Source: Nanobdellota archaeon | GTDB taxonomy: Archaea > Nanobdellota > Nanobdellia > Pacearchaeales > GW2011-AR1 | Direction of reading: 5' to 3' | DNA: 64,000 nt | Assembly: GCA_038045705.1 (NCBI GenBank) | Contig: JBBSXO010000003.1 | Coordinates: 32,001 to 96,000 of the forward strand | Program-made: the position numbers and the translations under genes | Shown here: piece after piece, positions 19,505 to 28,399 of the stretch | How the letters are laid out: each line of letters starts with the position of its first letter | Position numbering within the stretch: the first letter of the stretch is position 1 | The notes under the pieces: model-generated | What the model was told of the DNA's origin: nothing | Seen by the model: the letters and a program-made list of their open reading frames with translations, nothing else | Databases searched by the model: none

Positions 19505-19600
19505 TCATCACCTCTTTTTCCCAGGAGGAGACGTCATGGCCATCTTCTTGAAGGTCTTGATCTCTCCTCTATGGGTTTATTTAATGTCGAATAAACCACA
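19505..19600 (+). ncRNA. Candidate structured small RNA
   Basis: BRE/TATA GAAAGATTTAAATA ~19470; hairpin GAGGAGA(19525-31)/TCTCCTC(19563-69) with inner G-U pair; second hairpin GGTTTATT/AATAAACC. Confidence 0.35.
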
Positions 19601-19658
19601 AATTCTAAAATAATGATTTCATAGTAACAACGAAAGAAAGACTTAAATATCAATAAAT

Positions 19659-20039
19659 TTGCTCATTTTTATGGAAGTATTAGAATATCAGGGAAGAAAT
19701 GTCTATACAAGTTCATACTTAGATATTCAAGTGAAAGATCTGGATTCTTCAGAAGCTACAACAGGTAGAATAGAAGATGCTTATTTTTTTGAACTTGGGA
19801 TGAATAGATCTGTACAAATAGAATTTAATAGAAAAAAAGTAGAAAATGGCAGTTCAGGGTTAATGATTAGAGTTAAAGGGACATTGGGAACAGCAACAGT
19901 CTCAATTGTAGGGTTGCAAAGAATAGTAGATTTTATGTGTGATTTTGATTGTATTGGTAAGGACTTATCAACATTAAAAGGAAGAGAAGTTAGAAAATAT
20001 GATAGCATGAGACTACTAGCGGGAATTTCTAAAGTTTAA
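19659..20039 (+). CDS. Hypothetical protein
   Basis: 126-aa ORF; ATG at 19671 probable start. Confidence 0.6.
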   Translation: MLIFMEVLEYQGRNVYTSSYLDIQVKDLDSSEATTGRIEDAYFFELGMNRSVQIEFNRKKVENGSSGLMIRVKGTLGTATVSIVGLQRIVDFMCDFDCIGKDLSTLKGREVRKYDSMRLLAGISKV

Positions 20040-20138
20040 TTCCATAACCAGCACTTCTATTTGACAAAATCATTCACACTATTATGAGCATACATTTAAT
20101 CTAACCCAATAGATTTAACAAAAATAGAAGATAAAAAA

Positions 20139-20354
20139 TCACTTGCTATTAAACTCAGTATACTTACACTTTCCACAGTGAAGACGATTTAATCCTCCAC
20201 CCATGAATACTCCAGGACCACATCTTGGACAAAACTTAGCCTCTCTCTTAACCGAGTCTCCAGTTACTTTATACATCTTATACTTAGTACTAGTTGGCTT
20301 ATTCTTATGAGGCTTCTTTCCCTCGCCTGCTTTTCCAGCCATTTTACTTAGCAC
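20139..20354 (-). CDS. rps27ae: Ribosomal protein S27ae (eS31)
   Basis: KFCPRCGPGVFM...RLHCGKCKYTE. Confidence 0.95.
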   Translation of the reverse strand: MLSKMAGKAGEGKKPHKNKPTSTKYKMYKVTGDSVKREAKFCPRCGPGVFMGGGLNRLHCGKCKYTEFNSK

Positions 20355-20613
20355 CCTCTTTCTTCACTTTAGGCTTAGGTTCAATAGATTGTAAGTTTTC
20401 AGCAGAATCATAAACGCTAGCTTTTATAACAAACTCAGAGCTTCCAAAACTACCCTTAACAGATTTTATAGCAACGCAATCCACAGTTTTATTAAAATGT
20501 TTAGCAACATCTTCTTTTACAGAGTTATATCCAGGGTTTGAAGAATAAGATTTTACCGCAATAATATCATGCCTGTGTAAAAGTGAATTATAAGTGTTTA
20601 ATGTAAATTTCAT
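20344..20613 (-). CDS. rps24e: Ribosomal protein S24e (eS24)
   Basis: NSLLHR, SFGS, VYDS...IEPK; conserved gene order. Confidence 0.85.
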   Translation of the reverse strand: MKFTLNTYNSLLHRHDIIAVKSYSSNPGYNSVKEDVAKHFNKTVDCVAIKSVKGSFGSSEFVIKASVYDSAENLQSIEPKPKVKKEGAK

Positions 20614-20798
20614 CTTAATCTTAGAGCAAAAACTCCTTTTCCTTTTATACCTAAATTTTTTGCTATCTCAGAGTTTTCAGGATCTATAATTGTAATTTTC
20701 CCTTTAAAGCTATCAACACTTTCAGTATGTTGGCAACTAGGACAACTAGAGCCTTCATAAATCATCTTACAATTCTTACAAGCTTTTTCTTTACCCAT
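20610..20798 (-). CDS. spt4: Transcription elongation factor Spt4
   Basis: KACKNC...CPSC...IIDPENSEIAKNLGI..GVFAL. Confidence 0.95.
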   Translation of the reverse strand: MGKEKACKNCKMIYEGSSCPSCQHTESVDSFKGKITIIDPENSEIAKNLGIKGKGVFALRLR

Positions 20799-21406
20799 TA
20801 TTCCTTCTTCTCCTTCTTAGATTTCTTCCCACTTCTTTCAACATTTTCAGCTTTCTTAGCTAAAGCAACAGCTCTCTTTTTAGCCTCATCAAGCCATTCT
20901 ACCTTACCAAGACCAGGTTGTCTCATAGTAAGGCCTATCTTAGGCTCACCAGCCTTATAACTAATAGCAACAATCCTAGCTAAACAAGAATCTCCAACAT
21001 TCAAAGAACGCTTAGTAACTTTTCCTTGTAAATTACCAGTCTTACTTAAGGAAACAAAATCTTCCATCGTCTGTGAAATATGAATCATCCCTTGAGTCGG
21101 ACCTATCTGCATAAATGCTCCAAAATTAGTAATTTCTTTTATTACACCAGGGATAAGCTCATGTAATTCAGGTCTCCAAACTAAAACAGTAAATAATGAT
21201 TTATAATAAGCAGCACCATCGCCAGGAATAATTATACCTTCTCCAACATTATTAACGCCTATTACAGAAATAACAAATCCAAGTTCCTTATGCATTGTTT
21301 TAACATAAGACTCTTCAAGTTGTTCTGCAACAGCATCTTTAGTAGCTAAACCAAAATGTCTAGGTTCTACACGAACATGATCTTCAACTTCGACAACATA
21401 AAACAT
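20798..21406 (-). CDS. rpoE1: RNA polymerase subunit Rpo7 (E')
   Basis: VRVEP, IIPGDGAAY, FGAF..IGP..GMIHISQ, KIGLTMRQPGLGK. Confidence 0.95.
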   Translation of the reverse strand: MFYVVEVEDHVRVEPRHFGLATKDAVAEQLEESYVKTMHKELGFVISVIGVNNVGEGIIIPGDGAAYYKSLFTVLVWRPELHELIPGVIKEITNFGAFMQIGPTQGMIHISQTMEDFVSLSKTGNLQGKVTKRSLNVGDSCLARIVAISYKAGEPKIGLTMRQPGLGKVEWLDEAKKRAVALAKKAENVERSGKKSKKEKKE

Positions 21407-21449
21407 AAGTGTGTGAGAAAAACATGCTTTTTAAAGGTTTTTCTTATAT

Positions 21450-21824
21450 TTAAGCACCAGCTTCAACACCAACTCTATTTTGTGCTTTAAATATAACTAT
21501 TCTTTTAGGAACTTTCTTCTTTATTCCATTATCCAAAGTTGCAATAAAAATTCCCTCTTGACCTCTTTTTATTAAAAAATCATCAATTTTACCCTCGCCA
21601 AGAGTAGTTTTTTTTATCTTAGCTTTTTCAAATAATTCAAAAGCAACATCAATTGCAAGCCTGTCATCTCGAGAAGATCTATTACTTATTCTCAAATCTT
21701 TCATCTCCTGTAAAACCTCTCTTGGGACAACTGGTGTAAAGCCTTGTTCATGAAGCTGACTAAGAAAATCTATTCTATCTCTAACACAAGAAATAATAAA
21801 ACTACTATCCAACAATACCTGCAT
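21450..21824 (-). CDS. PIN-domain protein (archaeal Fcf1-like, rpoE operon)
   Basis: VLLDSSF, VLQEM, IDD, IATLD; conserved position upstream of rpoE1. Confidence 0.8.
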   Translation of the reverse strand: MQVLLDSSFIISCVRDRIDFLSQLHEQGFTPVVPREVLQEMKDLRISNRSSRDDRLAIDVAFELFEKAKIKKTTLGEGKIDDFLIKRGQEGIFIATLDNGIKKKVPKRIVIFKAQNRVGVEAGA

Positions 21825-21946
21825 ACATAAATCAAGTAAAAATACTATATAATGTTTGCTATACGCTATCCAATATAATTTGAATTAATTGCAAAAAATA
21901 TTTACCAATTAACAAAAGTTATATACTTATTTCTATTTGAAAGACA

Positions 21947-22507
21947 ATGGAAGAGGTGACTCATGTAATAGACGTTCTTACTAGAGCAAGATACGCACTG
22001 GAACAAGAAGATACAAAACAGCTAAGAGAACTTTCAGATAAAACTATTCATTCTGCTTCAGTATATCAACATACAGATTATATTCTAGTTGCAACTATAA
22101 TTTACACATTAAGTAAAATAGTAGAAAGAAAAGACAAAATAGGTATAAAAAACTGGAATAATTTCATAAAGGGTGTAAGCAACTTAATAGTTTTAGCAAT
22201 ATCCTCTGCGCAAAGAAATAAGCACTCTCAGTTTATTATATTTTTAACCAAAATAAAACATTATATGGAAAACATTTCAGAGGATATGAAACCATTAATA
22301 GAAGAGCTCCTAAGAAAAGCATCTATAAACAAAGCATCAAAAGTATATGAACATGGAATTTCTCTAGCAAAGACAACAAAGCTTTTAGGAGTCAATCCGT
22401 GGGAGCTATCAGAATATATAGGAGAAAAAGAAAATCCTCAAATCAAACTAAATAAAACCATAGATGCAAAAGAGAGAATGCGAATGGCAATGGATTTCTT
22501 TAAATGA
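21947..22507 (+). CDS. Helical protein with C-terminal UPF0175-like HTH
   Basis: VYEHGISLAKTTKLLGVNPWEL resembles LYKKGRVSLWKAAEIAGISLWEI of 43146..43448. Confidence 0.55.
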   Translation: MEEVTHVIDVLTRARYALEQEDTKQLRELSDKTIHSASVYQHTDYILVATIIYTLSKIVERKDKIGIKNWNNFIKGVSNLIVLAISSAQRNKHSQFIIFLTKIKHYMENISEDMKPLIEELLRKASINKASKVYEHGISLAKTTKLLGVNPWELSEYIGEKENPQIKLNKTIDAKERMRMAMDFFK

Positions 22508-23181
22508 TAAAAAAAGTTTTAATATTAGATGCAGGGCCAATAATAAATTTATCCATGAATGGATTATTAGAGATATTCGAAAAAGTATATCTAAGTGGAA
22601 TAACAATAGTAATCACAAATTATGTCTATCAAGAAGTTGTAGATCACCCAAGCCATATTCCAAGATTTGAATTAGGAGCATTAAGAATAAAAGAATTAGT
22701 AGAAAAGGGAGTAATAAAATTTGCAACAGACATAGGATTAGCCCAGATGGAAATAGAAAGCGAAACTCAGCGTTGGCTTAAAATAGCAAATTCTTCAATA
22801 AAGTCAGATAATCATTTTATTGAAATAGTAAGTATAGCCGAAATATCTTGTATAGCTGTTAGTTCTCTACTAAACAAAAAGAGGATTGAAAATATAATAG
22901 GCATAGATGAAAGAACAACAAGAGTCTTATTTGAGAAACCAGAAAATCTAAGAGACTTAATGGCAAGCAAATTGCATAGAAATATAACTCTCTATACAAA
23001 AGACTTAGAAAATACAAAACAATTTAGATTTATCAGATCAAGTGAATTAGTATTTATGGCATACAAAAAAAAGATTATAGAAATAAACGACAAACACGCA
23101 TTAGAAGCTCTTCTTTACGCAACAAAGTTCAAAGGATGTGCAATCTCCTGGGAAGAAATCGAACAATTAAAGAAGATGTAA
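22504..23181 (+). CDS. PIN-domain protein (DUF3368-like)
   Basis: LILDAGPIINL, VYQEV, AEISCIAV, IGIDERTTR. Confidence 0.7.
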   Translation: MIKKVLILDAGPIINLSMNGLLEIFEKVYLSGITIVITNYVYQEVVDHPSHIPRFELGALRIKELVEKGVIKFATDIGLAQMEIESETQRWLKIANSSIKSDNHFIEIVSIAEISCIAVSSLLNKKRIENIIGIDERTTRVLFEKPENLRDLMASKLHRNITLYTKDLENTKQFRFIRSSELVFMAYKKKIIEINDKHALEALLYATKFKGCAISWEEIEQLKKM

Positions 23182-23182
23182 A

Positions 23183-23271
23183 TGGGCCCGGAGGGAATCG
23201 AACCCCCATCCTTCGGGTACTCCGCAAAATCGCTGGAGCCGAAGATTCTAAAACCATTAAACTACGGACCC
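23183..23271 (-). tRNA. tRNA-Trp(CCA) with 15-nt intron (23218..23232)
   Basis: GGGTCCG/CGGGCCC acceptor, TTCGG-CT-CCA-G[CGATTTTGCGGAGTA]C-CCGAA; CTCC:GGAG BHB helix. Confidence 0.9.
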
Positions 23272-23420
23272 TAATCTATAACTTCTGGAATCCTTCTCAA
23301 TTCGTCAGAAGTTAATACATAAATTGTATTTTCACCAATTAAAAACTTATCTTTTGATGGTTTTTTCCTAGAATTAAGGAAATAATAAAACTTTATAAAC
23401 AATAAACACGAATATAATAC

Positions 23421-23918
23421 ATGTCAAAAAAGAAGGTTGATCATACAGTGATCAAAACAGTAGTCAAACATCATCATACTCAAACTAGACCTCGTAATGC
23501 TCATATTAAACGCCATCATCCTCAAGTAAGTCATAACCACATTTCTAAAGAAACTTTAGAAGAACAAACAATACACAGCTTAGTAGAACTACAAAAAGTC
23601 CATGTAAACTTATCTGAAAAATTTGAGAAGCTTACAACACAAATAGAAAATCTTCTAGCTCTTTTTGAACTAGCTGCAAGAAATTTTGTAAAACAACCAA
23701 ATATGCAAAACACAGAAAAAGATAAAGAATTCTTGGATAAAATAGATAAACTTTTAGACCAAAATAAACTCCTAGCTAAAGGACTTTCACTAATGGAAGA
23801 AAAGATGAGAGAAAGAGTTTACGGTGTAAATCAAACAAATCAAGGAATAAGACCACCATTCAGACCACAAAATCAACAAATGCAACCCAGTCAAACATCA
23901 GAATTAGAAGAGATATGA
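23421..23918 (+). CDS. Hypothetical coiled-coil protein with His/Lys-rich N-terminus
   Basis: Heptad-rich core; ~10 His in first 45 aa. Confidence 0.75.
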   Translation: MSKKKVDHTVIKTVVKHHHTQTRPRNAHIKRHHPQVSHNHISKETLEEQTIHSLVELQKVHVNLSEKFEKLTTQIENLLALFELAARNFVKQPNMQNTEKDKEFLDKIDKLLDQNKLLAKGLSLMEEKMRERVYGVNQTNQGIRPPFRPQNQQMQPSQTSELEEI

Positions 23919-24478
23919 TGAACAGAGATATAGCAGAGTTATTCTTAATCAATTTTACCAAAAGCCTAATAGAAATTAAAGCACCTCTAATTACTCAATT
24001 AAAAAGTCAAGAGATAAATGATAGTTCTATGCAAATGTCCATTCTAAAATCTGAAAATATCCCAAAAATAGAAAAAAACGAGATTAGCAAATTTAACATA
24101 TTACCATTTAGTAAAGTCCAGCAAATTGATATTCCAAAAAATCAAAAACATAACATACAATATCAAAGCCAGAGTAAAATTTCAGCAACAGATAAACTAA
24201 ATAGTTTGATAAAAGATCATTATGTTAATGAAATAGAATGTGTGGGTGTGAATAGCCCATTAATAGTAAAAAAATCAGGGCTGACTCAAAACACCCAAAT
24301 AAATTTATCAATAGATGAGATATATGAGATAATAGCAGAATTCTCACAAAAAACAAGAATACCTGTCATAAATGGAAGAATAAAAGCAGCATTAAATGAT
24401 TTAATAATAACTGCTGTCCTTTCAGAAACTTTAGGTCCAAGGTTTATAATACAAAAAATGAAAGGAATAATTATTTAA
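23915..24478 (+). CDS. Protein resembling the N-terminal domain of VirB11/FlaI-type secretion ATPases, no P-loop
   Basis: KLNSLIKDHYVNEIECVGVNSPLIVKK...IIAEFSQKTRIP...PRFIIQK; no Walker A. Confidence 0.55.
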   Translation: MMNRDIAELFLINFTKSLIEIKAPLITQLKSQEINDSSMQMSILKSENIPKIEKNEISKFNILPFSKVQQIDIPKNQKHNIQYQSQSKISATDKLNSLIKDHYVNEIECVGVNSPLIVKKSGLTQNTQINLSIDEIYEIIAEFSQKTRIPVINGRIKAALNDLIITAVLSETLGPRFIIQKMKGIII

Positions 24479-24507
24479 AATACCATTCTTCTAACTGTAA
24501 AAAATTA

Positions 24508-24613
24508 AATCACAAAACTCTGATGAGTTTGCTAGTGTTTTGGGAGTACAGTTGATAATCTCCAACATAATAACTTAACTCCAATCTAAAGATTGGAGAT
24601 TTCAACTAGTATT
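24508..24613 (+). repeat. Dispersed structured repeat, copy 1
   Basis: AAATCACAAAACTCTGATGAGTTTGCTAG...GTTGATAATCTCC...CTAAAGATTGGAGATTTCAACTAGTATT aligns with 43941..44043. Confidence 0.9.
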
Positions 24614-27184
24614 CAAATTTTTCAACTTGTAAACCAAACTCTCATAATGTGGTGCAAGACGTTCTTTATCTTTAAGAATAAGTCTTTTATATTCTTCAAC
24701 AATAACAGGCATTCTTGATCTTGCCAATTTTGGAGATTTTTTAACATCAATCAAAGCATGATGAATCATCTTTTCAACTCTTGAATAATTACTAAATATA
24801 TTCATTGAGTGATTTGATTTAATCTTAGGAAGTGAGTCCTTATCATAAAATACTAAATTAATTTTATCATGTCCAATTTTCTCTTTTAATAATCTAAGAT
24901 AGTTAAGAATATCTTGTTTAACATTTAAGTCATTAGGATAAATAGTAGCTAATTTATTATAATTTTCAATTGCACCAGCATAGTCTTTTTTATTTAATGC
25001 CTTCCTACCAAAGTAGATCAGTCTTTCATGATAAGGTGATAAAAAATCACCAAAGAGTAAAAATGAAACCAGCATCACAAAAAGAATTATCCATAAAACC
25101 CAAGGTATAGAATCAGTCCCATTAACAATTTCTTCAGCTTGCTGTGAAGACATCCCAGTAATATAAGATCCTCCAACCTCACCATAAAGCAAATTTTCTA
25201 TAAAAAGAGATATTTTTTCTTCCAAATCATCATAATCTGGAGAACTTAAGAAATTCAAGGTTAAATGTCCATTCAACTTATAAACTACAGTCGCAACATA
25301 ATTTCTTCTAGAACTATCCAAACTATTCTGGAAATGAATTGAAATAGGGCCATTTACATTAGATCTTGTCGGCAATTCAGGATCAACATTAATTACGTTA
25401 GGCCTACCACCACTTAGACCGTTAGGTCTTACGTAAACATCTGATTGACCTATATAACATAAATTCCCTGTTACGGCATTATAACCAAACCCTCCAAAGC
25501 TAGCAGGAGATAAACTCAAAGCAACAACATAACTGGGAGTTAAACAGGTATTAGAAAGTTGCAAACATAAAGGATCTCCCATACAACCAGTACCTCCAGA
25601 CTGACCACCAGTCAAAATTCCTCCTGTACTGCCAACATTACTTCCAACACTCCCTCCACTTCCCCCACTTCCCCCACCACTTGTAGAAGAACCTTGAGTA
25701 ATTGAGCCACCATTACCATCTCCATTGTTTAGACAATTTTCAAGATATTCTTCACAATTAGAACTGACTGCACAATCATAAATATAACGTGGACAATAAA
25801 GTGGTTGATTGGAACAAGAGGATATATCATCTAAACACTGATTTAATAAATTAGAATTTGGAGTGACATATAGATCAATAAAGCTTTGAAGTCGATCAGG
25901 AGAAATATAATTAGGAGCACAAAGAGCCAAAAACTCATCACAGTTTTGATTAATAGCACACTCATAGATTTGAGAATACTCCCCACAAGTATTTGGAATA
26001 GAAGATGAACAGGATGAAATTAAATTCCGACACTGAGAATTTAATAAATTAACAGGATATCTATTTAAAAAAGCTTGAAGTTGTGCTGAGGTTATCACCC
26101 CAGTCTGACCTTGACCAGCTCCACCATTAGAAATAACTTCTACTACCAAAGCGAAACTGCCTGTACTTCCTTCATCACATATCACTCGGTAATTTATAAT
26201 ATAAATCCCAACTTCATTACCAGATGTAACTGTCAAAACATAAACTCCAGACTGTCCAGATGCTAAAGAGTTAGATCCCACAGGAGAACTAAAACCTTGC
26301 CAACTTAACCAAGAAGCATAACTGCCAGCAGAAGATATCATACAATTATTAACTTGACCTAAACCATTATTAGTAGCAACCACTTGAAAAGATCTAGGTG
26401 CTCCACGTATTACCTCAATCCTCCCATGAGTTTCTAAATTCAAATTAAATTGTTCTTGATAAATTCCAGATATTGAAGTTCGAGAAGAATCTCCTAAACC
26501 TAAAGGGATCAAATTGGAAGAATATGACTGTAATAAATTTATAGAAGATTCTATTTCTTCTTCATGATCAATAATCCATAAAGCTTGTTCTGTTTGTTCT
26601 TCAAAACGTTCAGTTACAGTTTTAGTAAGAATATAATTTATGTCTCTTAATTGTTTTTCTATATAAGAAATATCCTTAACAATTGATTCTTGAGATTCAC
26701 TAAGTATTGAAGAAGAATACTTGTCAAAAAAGACCGAAGATTTTCCATAAATCTCAAGAGCATTATTTTTTGCTAATTCTAAGTTATTTTTATACCTCAA
26801 TAAATCAGATTCTGTAACTGAATTACTATTAATTATATTGTTTACTGTTGATGCATATTCTGAAATCTGAGAAACTTGACTAACAGCGTTATTTATCTGG
26901 CTAACCACTTCTTCTGGAGGAGTAACCGTAGAACCATATGAGTTTACTACACAATTCGAACATGGTATAACAGGATTGATAAACTCCCCTCCTCCATCAC
27001 CACCTTCAGGTTCTTCACCACCATCACCACCACCACCAGATTCCTCATCATGACTAAATCCAGTTATACTTGAATAATACCAATCACCATAAAAAACAGA
27101 GAATACTGTAAGAATTAAAGCAATTGTTAAAAAAGAAATTGCATGCATATTAAAAAAATTACCATCACCTTTTTTACCAAACAT
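24602..27184 (-). CDS. Large surface protein: N-terminal TM, coiled coil, Ig-like domain, Cys-rich tandem modules, second TM, cytoplasmic TPR-like tail
   Basis: SITGFS after first TM; Gly-rich linkers; two 6-Cys modules; GRKALNKKDYAGAIENYNKL. Confidence 0.75.
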   Translation of the reverse strand: MFGKKGDGNFFNMHAISFLTIALILTVFSVFYGDWYYSSITGFSHDEESGGGGDGGEEPEGGDGGGEFINPVIPCSNCVVNSYGSTVTPPEEVVSQINNAVSQVSQISEYASTVNNIINSNSVTESDLLRYKNNLELAKNNALEIYGKSSVFFDKYSSSILSESQESIVKDISYIEKQLRDINYILTKTVTERFEEQTEQALWIIDHEEEIESSINLLQSYSSNLIPLGLGDSSRTSISGIYQEQFNLNLETHGRIEVIRGAPRSFQVVATNNGLGQVNNCMISSAGSYASWLSWQGFSSPVGSNSLASGQSGVYVLTVTSGNEVGIYIINYRVICDEGSTGSFALVVEVISNGGAGQGQTGVITSAQLQAFLNRYPVNLLNSQCRNLISSCSSSIPNTCGEYSQIYECAINQNCDEFLALCAPNYISPDRLQSFIDLYVTPNSNLLNQCLDDISSCSNQPLYCPRYIYDCAVSSNCEEYLENCLNNGDGNGGSITQGSSTSGGGSGGSGGSVGSNVGSTGGILTGGQSGGTGCMGDPLCLQLSNTCLTPSYVVALSLSPASFGGFGYNAVTGNLCYIGQSDVYVRPNGLSGGRPNVINVDPELPTRSNVNGPISIHFQNSLDSSRRNYVATVVYKLNGHLTLNFLSSPDYDDLEEKISLFIENLLYGEVGGSYITGMSSQQAEEIVNGTDSIPWVLWIILFVMLVSFLLFGDFLSPYHERLIYFGRKALNKKDYAGAIENYNKLATIYPNDLNVKQDILNYLRLLKEKIGHDKINLVFYDKDSLPKIKSNHSMNIFSNYSRVEKMIHHALIDVKKSPKLARSRMPVIVEEYKRLILKDKERLAPHYESLVYKLKNLNTS

Positions 27185-27259
27185 AAAAAAACATATGAAA
27201 AATACTTATTAAATCTATTCCTGCCTAAGTTTAAATAAAGATTTTGACAGTAAAAGGCA

Positions 27260-27946
27260 ATGAAGAAAACTATAGTTCTAAGCTTAGGTGGGAGCCTAAT
27301 AGTACCAGAAAAAATAGACCCAATATGGTTAGATAAATTTAGGTCACTGATCATAAAGTCAAGAGATAAATACAAATTTATAATTGTCTGCGGCGGCGGA
27401 TTTGTAGCAAGAGAATATATCACAATTCTTGAGAAAGAGCATAAAAGCAAAAAGCAACAGTCTCTAGCAGGAATAGCCGTTACAAGAATGAATGCAAGAA
27501 TAATGATGCAACTTTTTGGAGATTGTGCTAACAAAGAGCTACCATTAAAGATGAATCAAATAAAGAATCTTTTAGTAAAAAATGATATAATTTTTTGTGG
27601 AGCCTTAAGATACGCACCAAATCAAACATCTGATAGTACTGCTGCAAAACTAGCAAATTACTTAAAAACAGAGTTCATAAACATAACAAATGTTTCAGGA
27701 CTATATGATAAAAACCCTATGAAATATAAAAATGCAAAATTCATAGCTAATATCTCTTGGAAAGATTTTGAGAAAAGAGCAATATCAATGAAATACAAAC
27801 CAGGACAGCATTTTGTTCTTGACCAGAAAGCTGCAAAAGTAATAAAAAAGAATAAAATAACAACATACATAATAGGAAAAGACATTGAAAATCTTGAAAA
27901 TCTTCTAAAAGATAAAAGATTTATGGGAACCACAATAACAGGTTAA
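27260..27946 (+). CDS. pyrH: Uridylate kinase
   Basis: IVLSLGGS, VCGGGFVAREY, GIAVTRMNA, TSDSTAA, TNVSGLYDKNP. Confidence 0.95.
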   Translation: MKKTIVLSLGGSLIVPEKIDPIWLDKFRSLIIKSRDKYKFIIVCGGGFVAREYITILEKEHKSKKQQSLAGIAVTRMNARIMMQLFGDCANKELPLKMNQIKNLLVKNDIIFCGALRYAPNQTSDSTAAKLANYLKTEFINITNVSGLYDKNPMKYKNAKFIANISWKDFEKRAISMKYKPGQHFVLDQKAAKVIKKNKITTYIIGKDIENLENLLKDKRFMGTTITG

Positions 27947-27948
27947 AA

Positions 27949-28377
27949 ATGATAAATAATGAAAATATAGAAGAAGTAAAAAGACTATTAAAAAATAAAA
28001 AGGAAAATATAATAGTTGCGAAAGAAGATGAGTTTAATAGAAAAATCTTAGAACATGGAAATTTTAAAATTATTTTATCAATAGAAAAGGGAAACAGAAA
28101 AAACAATATAAGACAAACAAATAGTGGACTAAATCATATCTTAGCAAAAATAGCCAGCAAAAATAAAATAGCAATGGGTATAGATCTTAATGAAATAAAA
28201 TATCTAGAACCAAAACAAAAAGCAGAAAGGTTGTCTAAAATAATTCAAAATATAAAAATATGCAGGAAATCCAATACAAAAATAGCGATTAAAACACAAA
28301 GTTTAGAAAAAGCAAGAGACTTAGTCATAGGCTTAGGAGCATCAACATCGCAGTCTAAAGAAGCAATAGTTTTTTAA
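27949..28377 (+). CDS. rnp3: RNase P protein component 3 (Rpp30)-like, shortened
   Basis: FNRKILE, SGLNHILAKIASKNKIAMGIDL, NIKICRK. Confidence 0.7.
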   Translation: MINNENIEEVKRLLKNKKENIIVAKEDEFNRKILEHGNFKIILSIEKGNRKNNIRQTNSGLNHILAKIASKNKIAMGIDLNEIKYLEPKQKAERLSKIIQNIKICRKSNTKIAIKTQSLEKARDLVIGLGASTSQSKEAIVF

Positions 28378-28399
28378 GACTATTATATAATAAAAACAT

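Noticed and set aside
24520-24527. CTGATGAG hammerhead-ribozyme core in repeat copy 1
   Set aside because: No matching GAAA after a stem II, and copy 2 reads CTGATGGG
24592-24613. GTTGAAATC (minus strand) resembling an archaeal CRISPR repeat start
   Set aside because: Only two dispersed copies, no regular repeat-spacer period and no cas genes in the window
27127-28106. Antisense/shadow ORFs (e.g. 27127..27534, 27658..27933, 27921..28106; similar ones over hisS, pheT, rfc, fen, sod, tfs)
   Set aside because: Overlap well-supported genes and have low-complexity F/L/S/I composition typical of reverse frames in AT-rich DNA
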